From Octopus vulgaris (Eukaryota), in contig OX597823.1 of the NCBI GenBank assembly GCA_951406725.2, forward strand, positions 76,136,001-76,200,000: a DNA stretch of 64,000 bases, given 5' to 3'. Within the stretch, counting starts at the first letter, position 1; the number at the start of each line of letters is the position of its first letter. The notes below the pieces were generated by a model, which saw nothing but the letters and a program-made list of their open reading frames with translations, ran no database searches and was not told the origin of the DNA. The translations under genes and the position numbers were made by a program. Below are positions 14,066-27,069 of the stretch, piece after piece.

Positions 14066-14103
14066 TCTTTAACGTTTCGAGCCTACGCTCTTCAACAGAA
14101 AGA
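14066..14103 (-). ncRNA. Minimal hammerhead-like motif (PLE terminus), convergent with the 13787 copy
   Basis: Minus strand TCTTT-CTGTTGA-A-GAGC-GTAG-GCTC-GAA-ACGT-T-AAAGA. Helices I and II are perfect; core A6 reads U. Confidence 0.65.
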
Positions 14104-14444
14104 TACACAGAGAGAGAAAAACACAGAAAGAAGGAGAGAAAAAAATGCGTGCAGTAGCTAACGAATCAACATGGCGATCTGATTTCGGCCAGAGGTCAAA
14201 GATCAAACATGAGACGCGAGAGCGAAATAAGGGGAGATAATAGGGTTGATAAAAGGGTTGAGGGACCAGCTAAAAGTGCGTGGGAGGGGTCTGGATGTGT
14301 GTATGTATAGGGTTGGTGTATGTATTAGTATGTATAAGGGTGTGTGTGTGTGTGTGTGTGTGTATGAGAGAGTATTAGTGCGTAAGATTGGTCTGGACGT
14401 GCGTATGTATGGGGTTGGTGTATGTATTAGTATGTATTATATAT

Positions 14445-14950
14445 ATATATATATAACAAAAGATGTCTGTGTGTGTAATACGTATTCAACCAATTTTCCC
14501 CAAACTTACACACACATTACTAATGTCCCAAGGACGATCATGCACTATAGTATTTTGCCCAGAGCCCCCGTGTAAAGCAAGAAATAGGAATAGGTGTAGT
14601 ACACGTTTTTTTCCCTAAAAAACCGATTCTCTTCCTATTCACATTCTCTGTTTCTCTTGTTTACATATATTCTCTCACCCTCTAAAATAGTTCCTCACTT
14701 TTAACTTATGTCTTCTTTCCATCATTCTATCTCCCTCTTCCTTTCTTTTTTCTCCCTCCCTCTTGCTCTCTTTCTTTCTCCCTCCCTCTTTCTTTCTGTC
14801 TTTTTTCTTTTTCTGTGTCTTTCTTTTTTTCTTTCTATTCGACTAAAGGCAGTGTTCTAGGATGCCTACAAGCAAATGACTGGAACAAGTAAAATAATAC
14901 AAATGACTATGCCATTTTAAATCCCGAGCAACGCCGGGTATCTCTGCAAG
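14445..14950 (+). mobile_element. Short non-autonomous Helitron-like element
   Basis: 5' ...tatataacaaaagatgtctgtgtgtg. 3' hairpin cccgagcaacgccggg (14923-14938), then CAAG|T (degenerate CTAG). Confidence 0.55.
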
Positions 14951-15018
14951 TATTATATATATATATATTTATTTATATGTATATATATATATACACATAC
15001 ATATATACATACACACAT

Positions 15019-15073
<55 letters not shown>

Positions 15074-15100
15074 CACACATACATACACACAGATAGATAA

Positions 15101-15162
<62 letters not shown>

Positions 15163-15507
15163 GGATATACACAACATATACACAACATATACACATCGTC
15201 ATTCATAATCCATAATTTATAAGCACATAGGTGTTAATATAGGATTATCAAACTGGTTGATTTAGGTAGATAACATTTGAGGTAAACGACCGCTGAAGAG
15301 TCTTTATTGAAAGACAAAAAGAATCACTTCAATTTTCATTTCAATTTAATCAGACCCTACTTGTTCACGCGCCGTAAATATTTTCGCAGCTGGACTCAAA
15401 ATAGCTATAACAAACACTTGGTATATATATTCTTTATACATGAACACACTTTCTTTTACAAACACACACACACACACACAAATATACACACACATATATA
15501 CATGCGC

Positions 15508-15566
<59 letters not shown>

Positions 15567-16397
15567 ATCTAAACATGAACAAAGAGAAAATACAACATAT
15601 ATGTATGTATGTGCGAGCATATATATATATAGATATATATTTATATACACATATATACAGAGCCTGAGATATGTAGGTGTGTATGTGTTTGTACGTGTGT
15701 GTTTACATGTACGAAATAATAAATTTAGTAGCATCTCCCTGAAATATTTTCTACATATATTCTATCGTGAGATGGAGCTTCATATACGAATGCCTGCATA
15801 AAAATACAAATCTATCTCTTTTGCTATTTATACGTATGTTTGCATATTTATATTAATAGGTACCTCACAAAGAAATATTCAGCTAATTATCTTCCATTAT
15901 TACTCTCCGTTAACCTTTAAGATCTCAAACAGAACACTATTATCCCAAACTTGCAGTATTTTTTGAGATTTTCTCAAAGTGCCATTAACGCAGAGCAGGT
16001 GATTATGATGCCAGCTTTTGTTATCAACCAAGCAATTTCTAAAGAATCACTCTGTTGCGCTATACATGGAGTGTATACAAATTCTAGCCTGTGGGAAATT
16101 ACTCCAGCAGAAATCTAATAGAATTCGTGGTGTTACTTATATTTGGAATATTTCTAAGTATATATTTCTATACTCTCTATGTTTATAAGTATGTTTAAGT
16201 ATTTGCGTACACACACACGCACACAGACACAAACACTCACACATACACACGTATGTGCCTGTACATTTGTGTTTAGGATTGTATATACAAAAATATATTT
16301 CTACATATATTTTCGTATAAACGCACTTACTAATGTATATAAATATTGTCGTATATATCTATTTATACAGATAGACAGATAGATAAATAGATAGATA

Positions 16398-16447
<50 letters not shown>

Positions 16448-16861
16448 TAGATTGATAGATAGATAGATAGATAGATATGGATATGTGTGTGTGGGTGTGT
16501 ATATCAATACATATATATATATATGTACATATATATAGTGTATTGTTCGTCGGTCTCAATGAGGTTCATTGAATGTCTCTACGAACTAACTACTTGCACG
16601 TAATATTAATTACTATGCGCTTGAACATAACATAAACATAATTTGTAGGACGATTCTATCTGACACAATGGCTGGATATTTGAATTACAGCTACTATCCG
16701 AAACAAGTATATATTTATCAATTGCCACGAATATTACAGCAAATCTGCTCCCACTGGTAATTGAACTAAAGCTTTCAGATATACCTCAAGAAAGGAACTG
16801 AGACAGATTTGCGTGTTTGTATAAGCAAAGCCTATTTGAATCAGAAAGGGTCTTTCTTTAA

Positions 16862-17097
16862 AGGCAATGAGCTGTCAGAACCGTTAACATGTCGGGTGAA
16901 ATGCTTAGCGGCATTTCGTGAATCATTATGTTCCGATTTCCACTGAGTTGAAAATTCGCCGAGGTCGACTTTGCGTTTCATACCTCACAGTCGATGAAAT
17001 AAGTGCCAGTTGAGGTGACTAAGATCTCTGCAAACGACTTATACCGTCTTTCGATATTTTTGCACACCTGCCTTGTGCCAAAATTAGAAACAATTAT
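16862..17097 (+). mobile_element. SINE family B, alternative tail (B')
   Basis: ggcaatgagctgtcagaa...cgccgaggtcgactttgc...ccttgtgccaaaattagaaacaat. Confidence 0.7.
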
Positions 17098-17272
17098 TAT
17101 ATATATGTACAGCGAAGACATATTGTGTATATTCATACATACACTCAAATTTGCAACATACATCACGCACACAAACATATACACCTGTGCAAATCTCCAC
17201 TTTCACATTCCTGGTATACATACATGCATACATGCATACATACATACATACATACATACATACATACATACA

Positions 17273-17308
<36 letters not shown>

Positions 17309-17332
17309 TGCACGCACACACACATACACACA

Positions 17333-18627
17333 CACTGCGTTTCAAATTATTAGTGAAGTGTAATTAAAATTAATGAAAACAAGATTGCTTACAAACCGAA
17401 ATGAACACATCGGTTTACAAATCGAAATAAACAGCGTACAAAAATTGTATGTGAACTGATCAGTAGGGGACATAGAACATTTGTTTGAAATAAGTTAGAA
17501 AAGGCGCTAATTTCTGGCTCTCTTGTGATGTTATATCACGGGATACATCTACTATTGCCTGCCACAGTTCAACCTTGCTCTTAAATTGGCGTCCAGTCCC
17601 GTAAACGCATCGCTTTAGAATACTCCACAAGTTCTCTATTGGGTTTCAGCGGGAGAACAGGCAGGCCACTTTACCTTTCGAGTTGCACAGAAGCCTAATT
17701 GTTGCAGATACTCATTAGTTTTCTTCTTTGTGTACGAGGTTCCATTAATTTGCAAGATAATGATGGCTGTCTTAAAGATGATCCTTCATTTCTTAACCAA
17801 AGTGCAAGGTACTCTCTCAGAAAAGCTATGTAGGCATCCGCAGTCATTTTTACGCCACCGGGTACTTTCTAAGTTCCAACCATACTGCCTCCAATACTAC
17901 CTGCCAAAAATCATGATACCTCCTCCTCCTCCTTGTTTAGCGTCTCCAGAGTTGATGACAATCTCGTCCATTTACAACCTATTTCTTTATTACCCACAAG
18001 GGGCTAAACACAGAGGGGACAAACAAGGACATACATAGGTATTAAGTCGATTACATCGACCCCAGTGCGTAACTGGTACTTAATTTATCGACCCCGAAAG
18101 GATGAAAGGCAAAGTCGACCTCGGCGGAATTTGAACTCACAACGTAACGCAGACGAAATACCGCTAGGCATTTTGCCCGGCGTGCTAACGATTCTGCCAG
18201 CTCGCCGCCTCATTTACAACCTATCTCTTGCTCCAACCAAGAGGTTCATCGAGTTTCATCCGTAAACAAAACTTTTGAAAAGTCGACCTTCATGTTATCT
18301 TCTGCGCATTTCAGGCGATTTTGTATGTGTATTTTGATTAAAGGAGACCCTTTAACTGATGTTACTTCATCAAACACAGTTGCGTCGCCAGTTCACTATA
18401 AAAAGTGCCCGCTTATAAGACCTGGCTTCTTTATAATTTCACGCTTAATTCGTGACCACTGAAAACTCGTGGAGATCATGCAAATGGCTGCCGTTTATTT
18501 ACACTTGCACAAAACCACACGTTTTACAAACCACGCGTATGTAATTATGGAAATTTTGTTGAATTTAGACGAGTAGATTTTAAATAAAATAACAAATGTT
18601 ACGTCGTTAATAATTTGAAACAGAGTG
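17333..18627 (-). mobile_element. Tc1-family DNA transposon fossil with both TIRs, interrupted by a SINE
   Basis: TIRs cactgcgtttcaaattatta and taataatttgaaacagagtg match 18/20. Minus-strand fragments FSKVLFTDET, GGGGIM, GVKMTADAYIAFL, WPACSP and NPIENLWSILKR (DDE motifs) with frameshifts. Confidence 0.85.
17983..18210 (-). mobile_element. SINE family B, full length, 14-bp TSD, inserted in Tc1
   Basis: TSD catttacaacctat at 17969-17982 and 18211-18224. Confidence 0.92.
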
Positions 18628-18640
18628 TCTTTGTGTGCTC

Positions 18641-18688
<48 letters not shown>

Positions 18689-18751
18689 GTATGTATATGT
18701 ATATATTTATGTATGTATATATATATATATACGTATGTTTATGTATATATT

Positions 18752-18795
<44 letters not shown>

Positions 18796-18911
18796 AATAC
18801 ATATATATATAAAGGCGGTGCTCCATCATGGCCACAATCAAATCACTGAAACAAATAATAGAATATATATATATCTATGTATGTATATGTATATGTATAT
18901 GCATACACGCA

Positions 18912-19313
18912 CAAGAGTTACGGAATGGAGTTGAAAGGATCTGGACTACATATATTTCATAGTGAGCAGAACTTCAGAAGTGGTAGAAACCATGTGATGC
19001 GTTTGCCACCGGTTGCTAGTCGAGCCAAAGATAATTTGATTAGATTCAATTGTCGAAAGGAGGTACATGTTTACGCAAGGAAGATTCAGTTGAATCTTCC
19101 TTGCCTCGACTTCCATACATATATACAATTGAATCATCCTTGCATTTACTTGTACCTCCTTGCGTCAATCTAACATTTCATCTAATTAAGATATTCTCGG
19201 CCTGAAGAGTAGCCGGCGGTATACTCTTCACTTGGAGTTTACCCCTTCTAAGATTCCGCTTGCTATGAAACATATGTAGCCCGGATCTTATCTACTCCAT
19301 TCCGTAACTTTTG
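18912..19313. mobile_element. MITE/foldback with ~80-bp imperfect TIRs and nested internal palindromes
   Basis: caagagttacggaatggagttgaaaggatctggactacatat... is the reverse complement of ...atatgtagcccggatcttatctactccattccgtaacttttg, followed by TA. Inner palindrome at 19075-19104. Confidence 0.75.
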
Positions 19314-19571
19314 TAATCTTATTCGTACAACTCGGCAACCCTGGTCGCCTTCCACGGAATATAAAAATATCTTTTCTCAGATTATCGTTCTTCGATACGA
19401 AAATAATCCATAACCTTCCGTCTCAATAAACCATCTATACATACTAATACCCCACTATATACCTTTTATACATTCAATATTCACACATATGTACACTTGC
19501 GCTTGTAATTTACAGCTTATATACCGGCCAAAGTCATATATGCCCATACAAATGTACATACGTATATATAT

Positions 19572-19879
19572 GGTGGAGACACATGGCCTAGTGGGTAGAG
19601 CAGCGGACTCGCGGTCGAGGGATCGCGGATTCGAATCTCAGACCGGACGATATGTGTGTTTATGAGCGAAACACCTAAGCTCCACGCGGCTCCGGCAGAA
19701 GGTAATGGCGAACATCTATTGACTCTTTCGCCACAACTTTCTCTCACTCTTTCCTCCTGCATCTTACAGCTCACCTGCGATGGACCGGGGTCCCGTCCAG
19801 GAGGGGAACCTGTACGCCAAGAAACCGGGAAACCGGCCCTTATGAGCCAGGCATGGCTCGAGAAGGAAGAAACAACAAC
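19572..19879 (+). mobile_element. tRNA-head SINE family C, variant 1
   Basis: A-box tggcctagtgg and B-box gattcgaatct. Body ctgcgatggaccggggtcccgtccagg. Short (AAC)n tail. Confidence 0.85.
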
Positions 19880-20863
19880 GTACATATATACATTATAAAA
19901 ATTATTCTTAGAATTATCAAAAAAATTATTTATATGATAAGTGGATAGTATAACTGAACTAAAAAAAAAGCACATATAAAGAAATTCACGGAGAGGATGT
20001 CAGACTTTAATATTTTAATATTATCATATACATTAGCACCCAATTTATATTCTTTAGTCTTGCTTAAAATAGACATGATTCCGAGAACAAGAACACGTTA
20101 TATTATGATTACTAACACCAAACCAATGTACTTCTAAAGTCTTTTTTAGTTTTGTATCCAAACTACCGACGCTTATTTTCTGACAACTCAGCTTTTCTAT
20201 TATGAATATCTCTGCCTTTCTGCACGAAACAAATTGTGTAGCAGCATGAGTAATAAAAGCTATAAACCATTTTAACATATAATTTCCTTTATTTGCATAA
20301 ACATGAATGAATTTGTTGAACTGTGTTAAATCATATACTTAATAGTTCTATATAAGTTTTCATATCTACACTGATTTACACTAGTTAATTCAAAAGTAAA
20401 GTAAGAAGAGACAGCGTTAGAAATCTTTGGAAATTACTCCAAATAAAGGACGAACTTGCATTCAACCTTTTATAAGTTATATATATATATATATATATAT
20501 ATGCACGTACACACACTCTCACACACACACACACATGTATATGTGTATATGTTTCATAATGAAGACATACCGAATCTTTTATCTTTTATCGTTTGCATTT
20601 TACTTCTTTCAATTATCAGAAGGCAGCTGTGCTGGCGCCACCGTTTCGAAGGATTTTAAAGCTATTTTGAAATAGTTTAATGCAGACGTTTGCGTAACAT
20701 ATAGTAGGAGATGCATCCATTACGTAAGATCTTCCTCAGTTAAAACATATAAAAAATTAAACCGCTTCCTGGAAATAGTCCAATATATACTGTCAGAACT
20801 GTAGAATTTGGTTACTAAATGACCAAATTCTGCTGTATACTGAGGAAGAATGAAGTAAGATAA

Positions 20864-20910
<47 letters not shown>

Positions 20911-21329
20911 GAAACAGAGAGGAGGGATGGAGAGAGAGAAAACTGTAGGAAAGAAAGGGAGTAAAAAGGAATAAAAGGCGAAAAGGAAAGAAAATGTGCA
21001 AGAGAATAATATAAAAAATAATGAAGATGTACTGGTAAGATTACTTACAAAATATGAAGAGTCCATATTATTTGTACATGTTTATTACATTCTGCAAGGG
21101 GACAGTTTAACATACACTTCGCAGTTTTTCTTTCACCGTCTTCGTCAGTTACACTATATTACCTCCCTTTTCAATCATAAGATAAGTGCTTTATCGTGGC
21201 TAAGAGTTGTTTCGTCGCTGATTTCTAGCAATTAGTGTGCTTACTACTACCCTTGGTCAGTTTAGAAACGTCTATAGTTCTGCCTTTCTTTTATATATAC
21301 ATACATACATGCATACATACATACATACA

Positions 21330-21365
<36 letters not shown>

Positions 21366-21428
21366 TATACATATATATATATATTTATAAAAAGTGTAGT
21401 GGGTATATATATATTTATATATATATAT

Positions 21429-21587
21429 AGGCGTAGGAGGGGCCGTGTGGTAAGTAGCTTGCTTACGAACCATATGGTTCCGGGTTCTTTCCCACTGCGT
21501 GGCTTCTTGCCTTCTACTATAACCTAGGGCCGACCAAAGCCTTGTGAGTGGAAATTAGTAGACGGAAACTGAAAGAAGCCCATCGTA

Positions 21588-21685
<98 letters not shown>

Positions 21686-21886
21686 TGTGTCTGTGTTTGT
21701 TCCGTCCAACATCGCTTGACAAACGATGCTGGTGTGCTTACGTCCCCGTAACTTAGCGGTTCGGCAAAAGACGCCCAATAGAATAAGTACTAGACTTACA
21801 AAGAATAAGTCCTGGGTTCGATTTGCTCGACTAAAGGCGGTGCTCCAGCATGGCCACAGTGAAATAACTGAAACAAGTGAAAAGAG
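21429..21886 (+). mobile_element. SINE family A, full length
   Basis: ggcgtaggag...tggtaagtagc...gggttc..., internal (TA)n(TG)n, then ...ggcggtgctccagcatggcc...aaaagag tail. Confidence 0.9.
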
Positions 21887-22745
21887 TATATATATATATA
21901 TATAATATGTTACAATATTATATAATATAAATGTAAGTATACATTTTTGTTTGTTTTTTTAATACATACTTGCATGATCGATACCATCATTATGATGTGT
22001 TTTCTTTTGATATTTGATTAGTGGCCAGCAAAATTCACACCGGTTACTAATAATGCTATTTTCTTTGTGTCACAGGCGCTCTGATATTCTGGGAATATAT
22101 TAACGAGTGTGTGCATAAATATGTGTGCAATAATAAACATACTTGCAATCAGTATGCAGGTGTGCATTTCCTTAATCATTAGGTATGTTATATGCAGACA
22201 TGATTGTGTCTTTATGTTAATTCCAAGACACTTGAAGATTTATCTGTTTTTGTTTTGCTTTTGTTTTTTTTGTGGGGGGTGGATTCCTTTACAAGTCTTT
22301 ATTACCATTAATCGATTAGAGTTGAGGGTAAGGATCAGTTTATTTTCTTTTTTCCGTGTTTCATTCTATGCAAAAAACTGTTGTTACAAATTCTACACAA
22401 CGTTGATATTTGTTACAAAGGAAATTTATTGACTTAATAGATTTCTCCTTTGTTCTTCTCTACTTTTTTTTTCGCATTTGTTCCTCAGCTTATATTTGTT
22501 GCTAAGATTGCCTCCGCGACAATGCATAAATGTTTACGTTTCCGATAGAACTATGATCTATTGTATTTCTATTGAATTGTTGTGTTTATTATAATCTTCC
22601 ATTCCATTTTTTCAATTGTTTCATAGTCTCTTTAAATTGATATTAAATTGATATTTGCAGCATCCCAGAGGCCATTTTTCTTATTCATTGTTTAAGTAAC
22701 TGGACTTTGGTCATGGTGGGGTACCGCCATCAAGTGTCAGTTGAT

Positions 22746-23162
22746 CTATTTCTTTACTACCCACAAGGGGCTAAACACAGAAGGGACAAACAAATCCAGA
22801 CAAACAGATTACGTCGATTACATCGACCCTAGTGCGTAACTGGTACTTATTTAATCGACCCCGAAAGGATGAAAGGCAAAGTCGACCACGGCGGAATTTG
22901 AACTCAGAACGTAACGGCAGACGAAATACCTATTTCTTTACTACCCACAAGGGGCTAAACACAGAGAGGACAAAACAAGGACACACAAACGGATTAAGTC
23001 GATTATATCGACCCCAGTGCGTAACAGGCACTTATTTAATCGACCCCGAAAGGACGAAAGGCAAAGTCGACCTCGGCGGAATTTGAACTTAGAACGTAAA
23101 GTCAGGCGAAATACTGCTAAGCATTTCGCCCGGCGTGCTACCGTTTCTGCCTGCATACCGCC
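22746..23162 (-). mobile_element. SINE family B head-to-tail dimer
   Basis: Full copy at 22931-23162 is followed on the minus strand by a 5'-truncated copy at 22746-22930. Junction gaaatacc|tatttc. Confidence 0.85.
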
Positions 23163-23171
23163 TTCCATTAA

Positions 23172-23518
23172 GTGTTAGTTGATCAAATCAACCACGAGAT
23201 TTCTTTTAAGCACGGTACATATTCAATAGAGTCTTTTGCTAAACTGCTAAGTTACGGGATGGGCGAAAACAACACCAGTTTTCAAGCAATGATAGACGCG
23301 CACAATCAAAGACACGCCCAGGCATACACGTATAGACACAATCATAAATGTTTATACATACAGGCTGTGTTTACGTCCCCAAAACTTGGTAGTTCGGCAA
23401 ACGGGACCGTTAGAATAAGTACTAGATTTGCAAAGAATAAGTCCTGGAGTCGATTTGTTCGACTTCAGGTGGTACTCCAGCATGGCCGTGGTTAAAAGAC
23501 TGGAACAAGTAAAAGAAT
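23172..23518. mobile_element. Two SINE A 3'-half fragments in opposite orientation
   Basis: 23172-23340 on minus (ctgctaagttacggg, aacaccagttttcaagc); 23365-23518 on plus (tgtttacgtcccc...ctccagcatggcc...aagtaaaagaat). Confidence 0.65.
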
Positions 23519-24650
23519 ATACTACTGGTTTTCGCATACTTTTCGTCTAACAAATTCATTCACAAACCATCAGTCATTCAAACTCTAGTAAAAGAAACCG
23601 ACACCAGGTGCTGAGCAGCCGAATCTATGTAGATGCAAAGCACCATTCCCGCGCCAAAATACACAAACACACATACATACACATATTCTCTAATCATATC
23701 TTACTGTTTTGGTACTCAATAGCTTGTTCTTGTTTCTCAAAACCAAAGGCATGTCCTATCAGTAGGATAGGATATATCTGTAAAAGATTGTACGTTCTGT
23801 CAAATTTGTTAGGTATCTTCAAGTTGCAGGATGACCATCCATAAATAACGTTCTGCTGTTATGCTCAGTGATTCACCTATAATTTCCGCTTAGTTTGGTT
23901 AGTCCAAATTCCCGTGGTTCACGTGACTGAAGAATGTCAAAATATCAACGGACTGAAAAAGGCAGTGTATTTACCCAACTTTTTTTTTATACTGTATCTA
24001 AGATTTTTGCTTCTCGAACCACAAATAAACCAGATTTAGAAATTTAATACCATTCTATTGAGAGTATTTCAAACAACCAAACTCTGCCTGAAAAAGCTTA
24101 ACATAGCCAGAACACCAAACTTCGGTATGCAAATAACTATACTTTGTCAATCCATTGTTTTCAGCATAATCTGATCGCTTTGCTCAGATTGTAGATAATT
24201 GTAAATATCAAAATGATAGCACAATCTGTTCAAAGGATTAATTCCATATTTCTGTAGAACCCAAACAATCTATTTTCTGAAATATTTACATAATTTCACG
24301 TGTAGAAAAAAAAATCTTTTACCAATATCATAGATGATGATACATTACTGTATACACTTGTTGGAAAGGCATATAGAGAAAGAATTCTTGAGAAGCCATA
24401 ACAAAAGATATGACTAGTTCTAGGGTGTTGACGGACAGAGAATGATGAGAAGTAAGAGTTGTGTGCGTCAGAAACGCTTGTTGGCTGTGACTTGGGTCCT
24501 GTTAGCTGCACAGAGGAGCTGTTAAAGTGGTGATAGAAAATGAAGAGAAAAGACAAAAGTTGCTGGTGCGTCTTTAAGTGGTTGTACGCCAATATCTATC
24601 TCTCAGTATTCATTTGTCTTTCTCCCTTTTTCTTCCTCTCTTCTCTCTCT

Positions 24651-24718
<68 letters not shown>

Positions 24719-25744
24719 AATGAGGGAGGGGAGAGAGAAATAGAGTTACGTGTGTATACATATGCATACGCAAATATATATACATACATATACACATATA
24801 CAAATATATATTCACACACACCTTACAATGACATATGTGCATGATGAGAAGACGCACGTACACACACAAATATATAATATATAGGCACAACACCATACAC
24901 ATACAAACACTCACACACTCACGCACGCACACACACACTGCAATCATCATCGGTCCGTCGTGCTTGAGCGAGAAAGTATTCGTTCTTTTTCAGAACGAAT
25001 TTACCGAGAACCAAAACCATGAATTATTGATTTCTTGCCCTCACATATCGAGGTTCTTGATTTGTAATCTATTATACCGCCTAATGGATGAAGCATTATG
25101 AACTGTTTTATTGAGCTGTCCGACAGAATGTATTGCATCTTAAACGCTACTTTTCTGTTGAGCAGTACATTTTATTGTTTTGGCTGCTTGCCTGCTTTAT
25201 ATTATTAATGCCTAGTCTCGATAAAATTTTAATGTATTTATCTTATTTGTTTTTTTCGCAAATTCCATTCCTTTTTACATTTTTCACTGTAATCTCTCCG
25301 AATACTAAAGAAAATTTGTTTTTTAAACTTTCTTTTTCAATAGCCCCTTATTTCTATTCCAATTTGCACCTTTCAATATAACGTTTGTCTGCTATGAATA
25401 GCTTCGCATACGAAAATCTTAAATAAGGTTAATTTAAATAAGTTTACTTTCCATAAACCGTTATATATTTATGCATACACGCGTAACTCAGTTTTGTTTA
25501 AATCTGTATTTTCCAAGAAGTACCTGGTAGCTATTTCAAAAGTTCTATGTTTAAAGACCTGGGAGTGTTCTTGTGTCAGTATGAGAGTGGCTAGTTTAAT
25601 AAGAATCGATGTATGTATAGGCAGTTACACAAACGCACACACAGACAGACACATAGGTAGATAGATACCTACATACATATACACATTTATTTGTTAAAAT
25701 TCCTGTGTAATATGGCAATATACGTATATTGTGTAGGTATATAC

Positions 25745-25775
<31 letters not shown>

Positions 25776-25820
25776 TTTAAAAAAGGAGATGTGGGACACG
25801 AGTTGTGATATATAAAAAAG

Positions 25821-26107
25821 GAAATGAAGAAAATGCTGACAAAATAATTTAAGTAAGGGAGAGTGTATTTAATTAAGTGAAAGTTCTTTTTACCGGTTGC
25901 GCATTTGTTATGCTTATCAAAAGATATTTTTTTAAGAGAGATAGAGTTCCTTTCTGATAGATTTTTTCTCTATCAGAAAGGAACTCTATCTCTCTTTAAA
26001 AATATCTTTTGATAAGCATAACAAATGCGCAACCGGTAAAAAGAACTTTCTCTTAATTAAATACACTCTCCCTTACTTAAATTATTTTGTCAGCATTTTC
26101 TTCATTT
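25821..26107. repeat. Near-perfect DNA palindrome, ~140-bp arms, 7-nt loop
   Basis: 25821-25961 is the reverse complement of 25969-26107 with about 2 substitutions and 1 indel. Loop ttttttc. Flanked by TA runs. Confidence 0.95.
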
Positions 26108-26555
26108 ACTTTATATATATATATATAAATATAGGTGTTTGAGTGTGTGTATGCATGCATGCATATATGTATGTCATTATTCAGCTTTATTTCAAGATTT
26201 CTTGCCAATAGAAGAACTGGCTTCTAACGTACATCCAAGGCTCCTTCAATGGAAGTTCAACATCAACAGGATACTTTTGTATGTGAGTTTACATGCAGAT
26301 TTGTATTTATATATATTTTTTATGTGTGCGTTTTCATGCATATAGTTGTATATCTAGACAGGCTAATATATATTTGAATTATAAGCTTCAGGGAAGTTTT
26401 AGAGATTTTTACAGTTCCAGTGAAGGCTTGAATCTCTAGTCTTCGAATCAGCTTTCACCTTTCTAGTTTTGAGTGTGGTACATATCCCAATGCCCCAATA
26501 ATTACAGATACAAACCTAAACTTGTAATCAGGATAGAATAACAGCAGATTTCTCA

Positions 26556-26586
<31 letters not shown>

Positions 26587-27069
26587 AATGACGGAAATCT
26601 TGATCTCTTACGTCACGTCCCAGTTGTATTAGATCGCAGAAAATTACGTTATTTACCTTCAAATGATCTCTCTTATGCACTTGTAGTGTATGAAAGCACT
26701 CGTAATTATAACGTTGACAGAGCTGAACCGTTTTCTACAGCCGCCAGAAGTGCATGATCACATAATTACTCCCTACTCCGCTCTTCTCAGTGACATACCC
26801 AGCAGCGACATTGCTCTAGTATCCACCTACGTATGTATATATGCGTGAGAACTTAAAGATTTTTGGCTTGGTAACCAAGTCTACACTTAGCCTACCAGAG
26901 TGTGTAGCACGTTGAACCGTGGCAAAGGCAACTAACGAAGGTGAAAACCTCCAATAGAAAAATCTGAGCTATAATGGTAATCGTGTAAATAATTACACGA
27001 ACAGTCTGTTGTGAGCATTTCCGAAAATTGTGGAAGGCAAATCGCCTGTGTCGGTAGTCTGACAAATAT

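Noticed and set aside
19572-19645. tRNA genes at SINE heads (also 59442, 59801, 61297)
   Set aside because: A/B boxes are present, but they run into SINE bodies with tails or TSDs and I could not build a complete cloverleaf.
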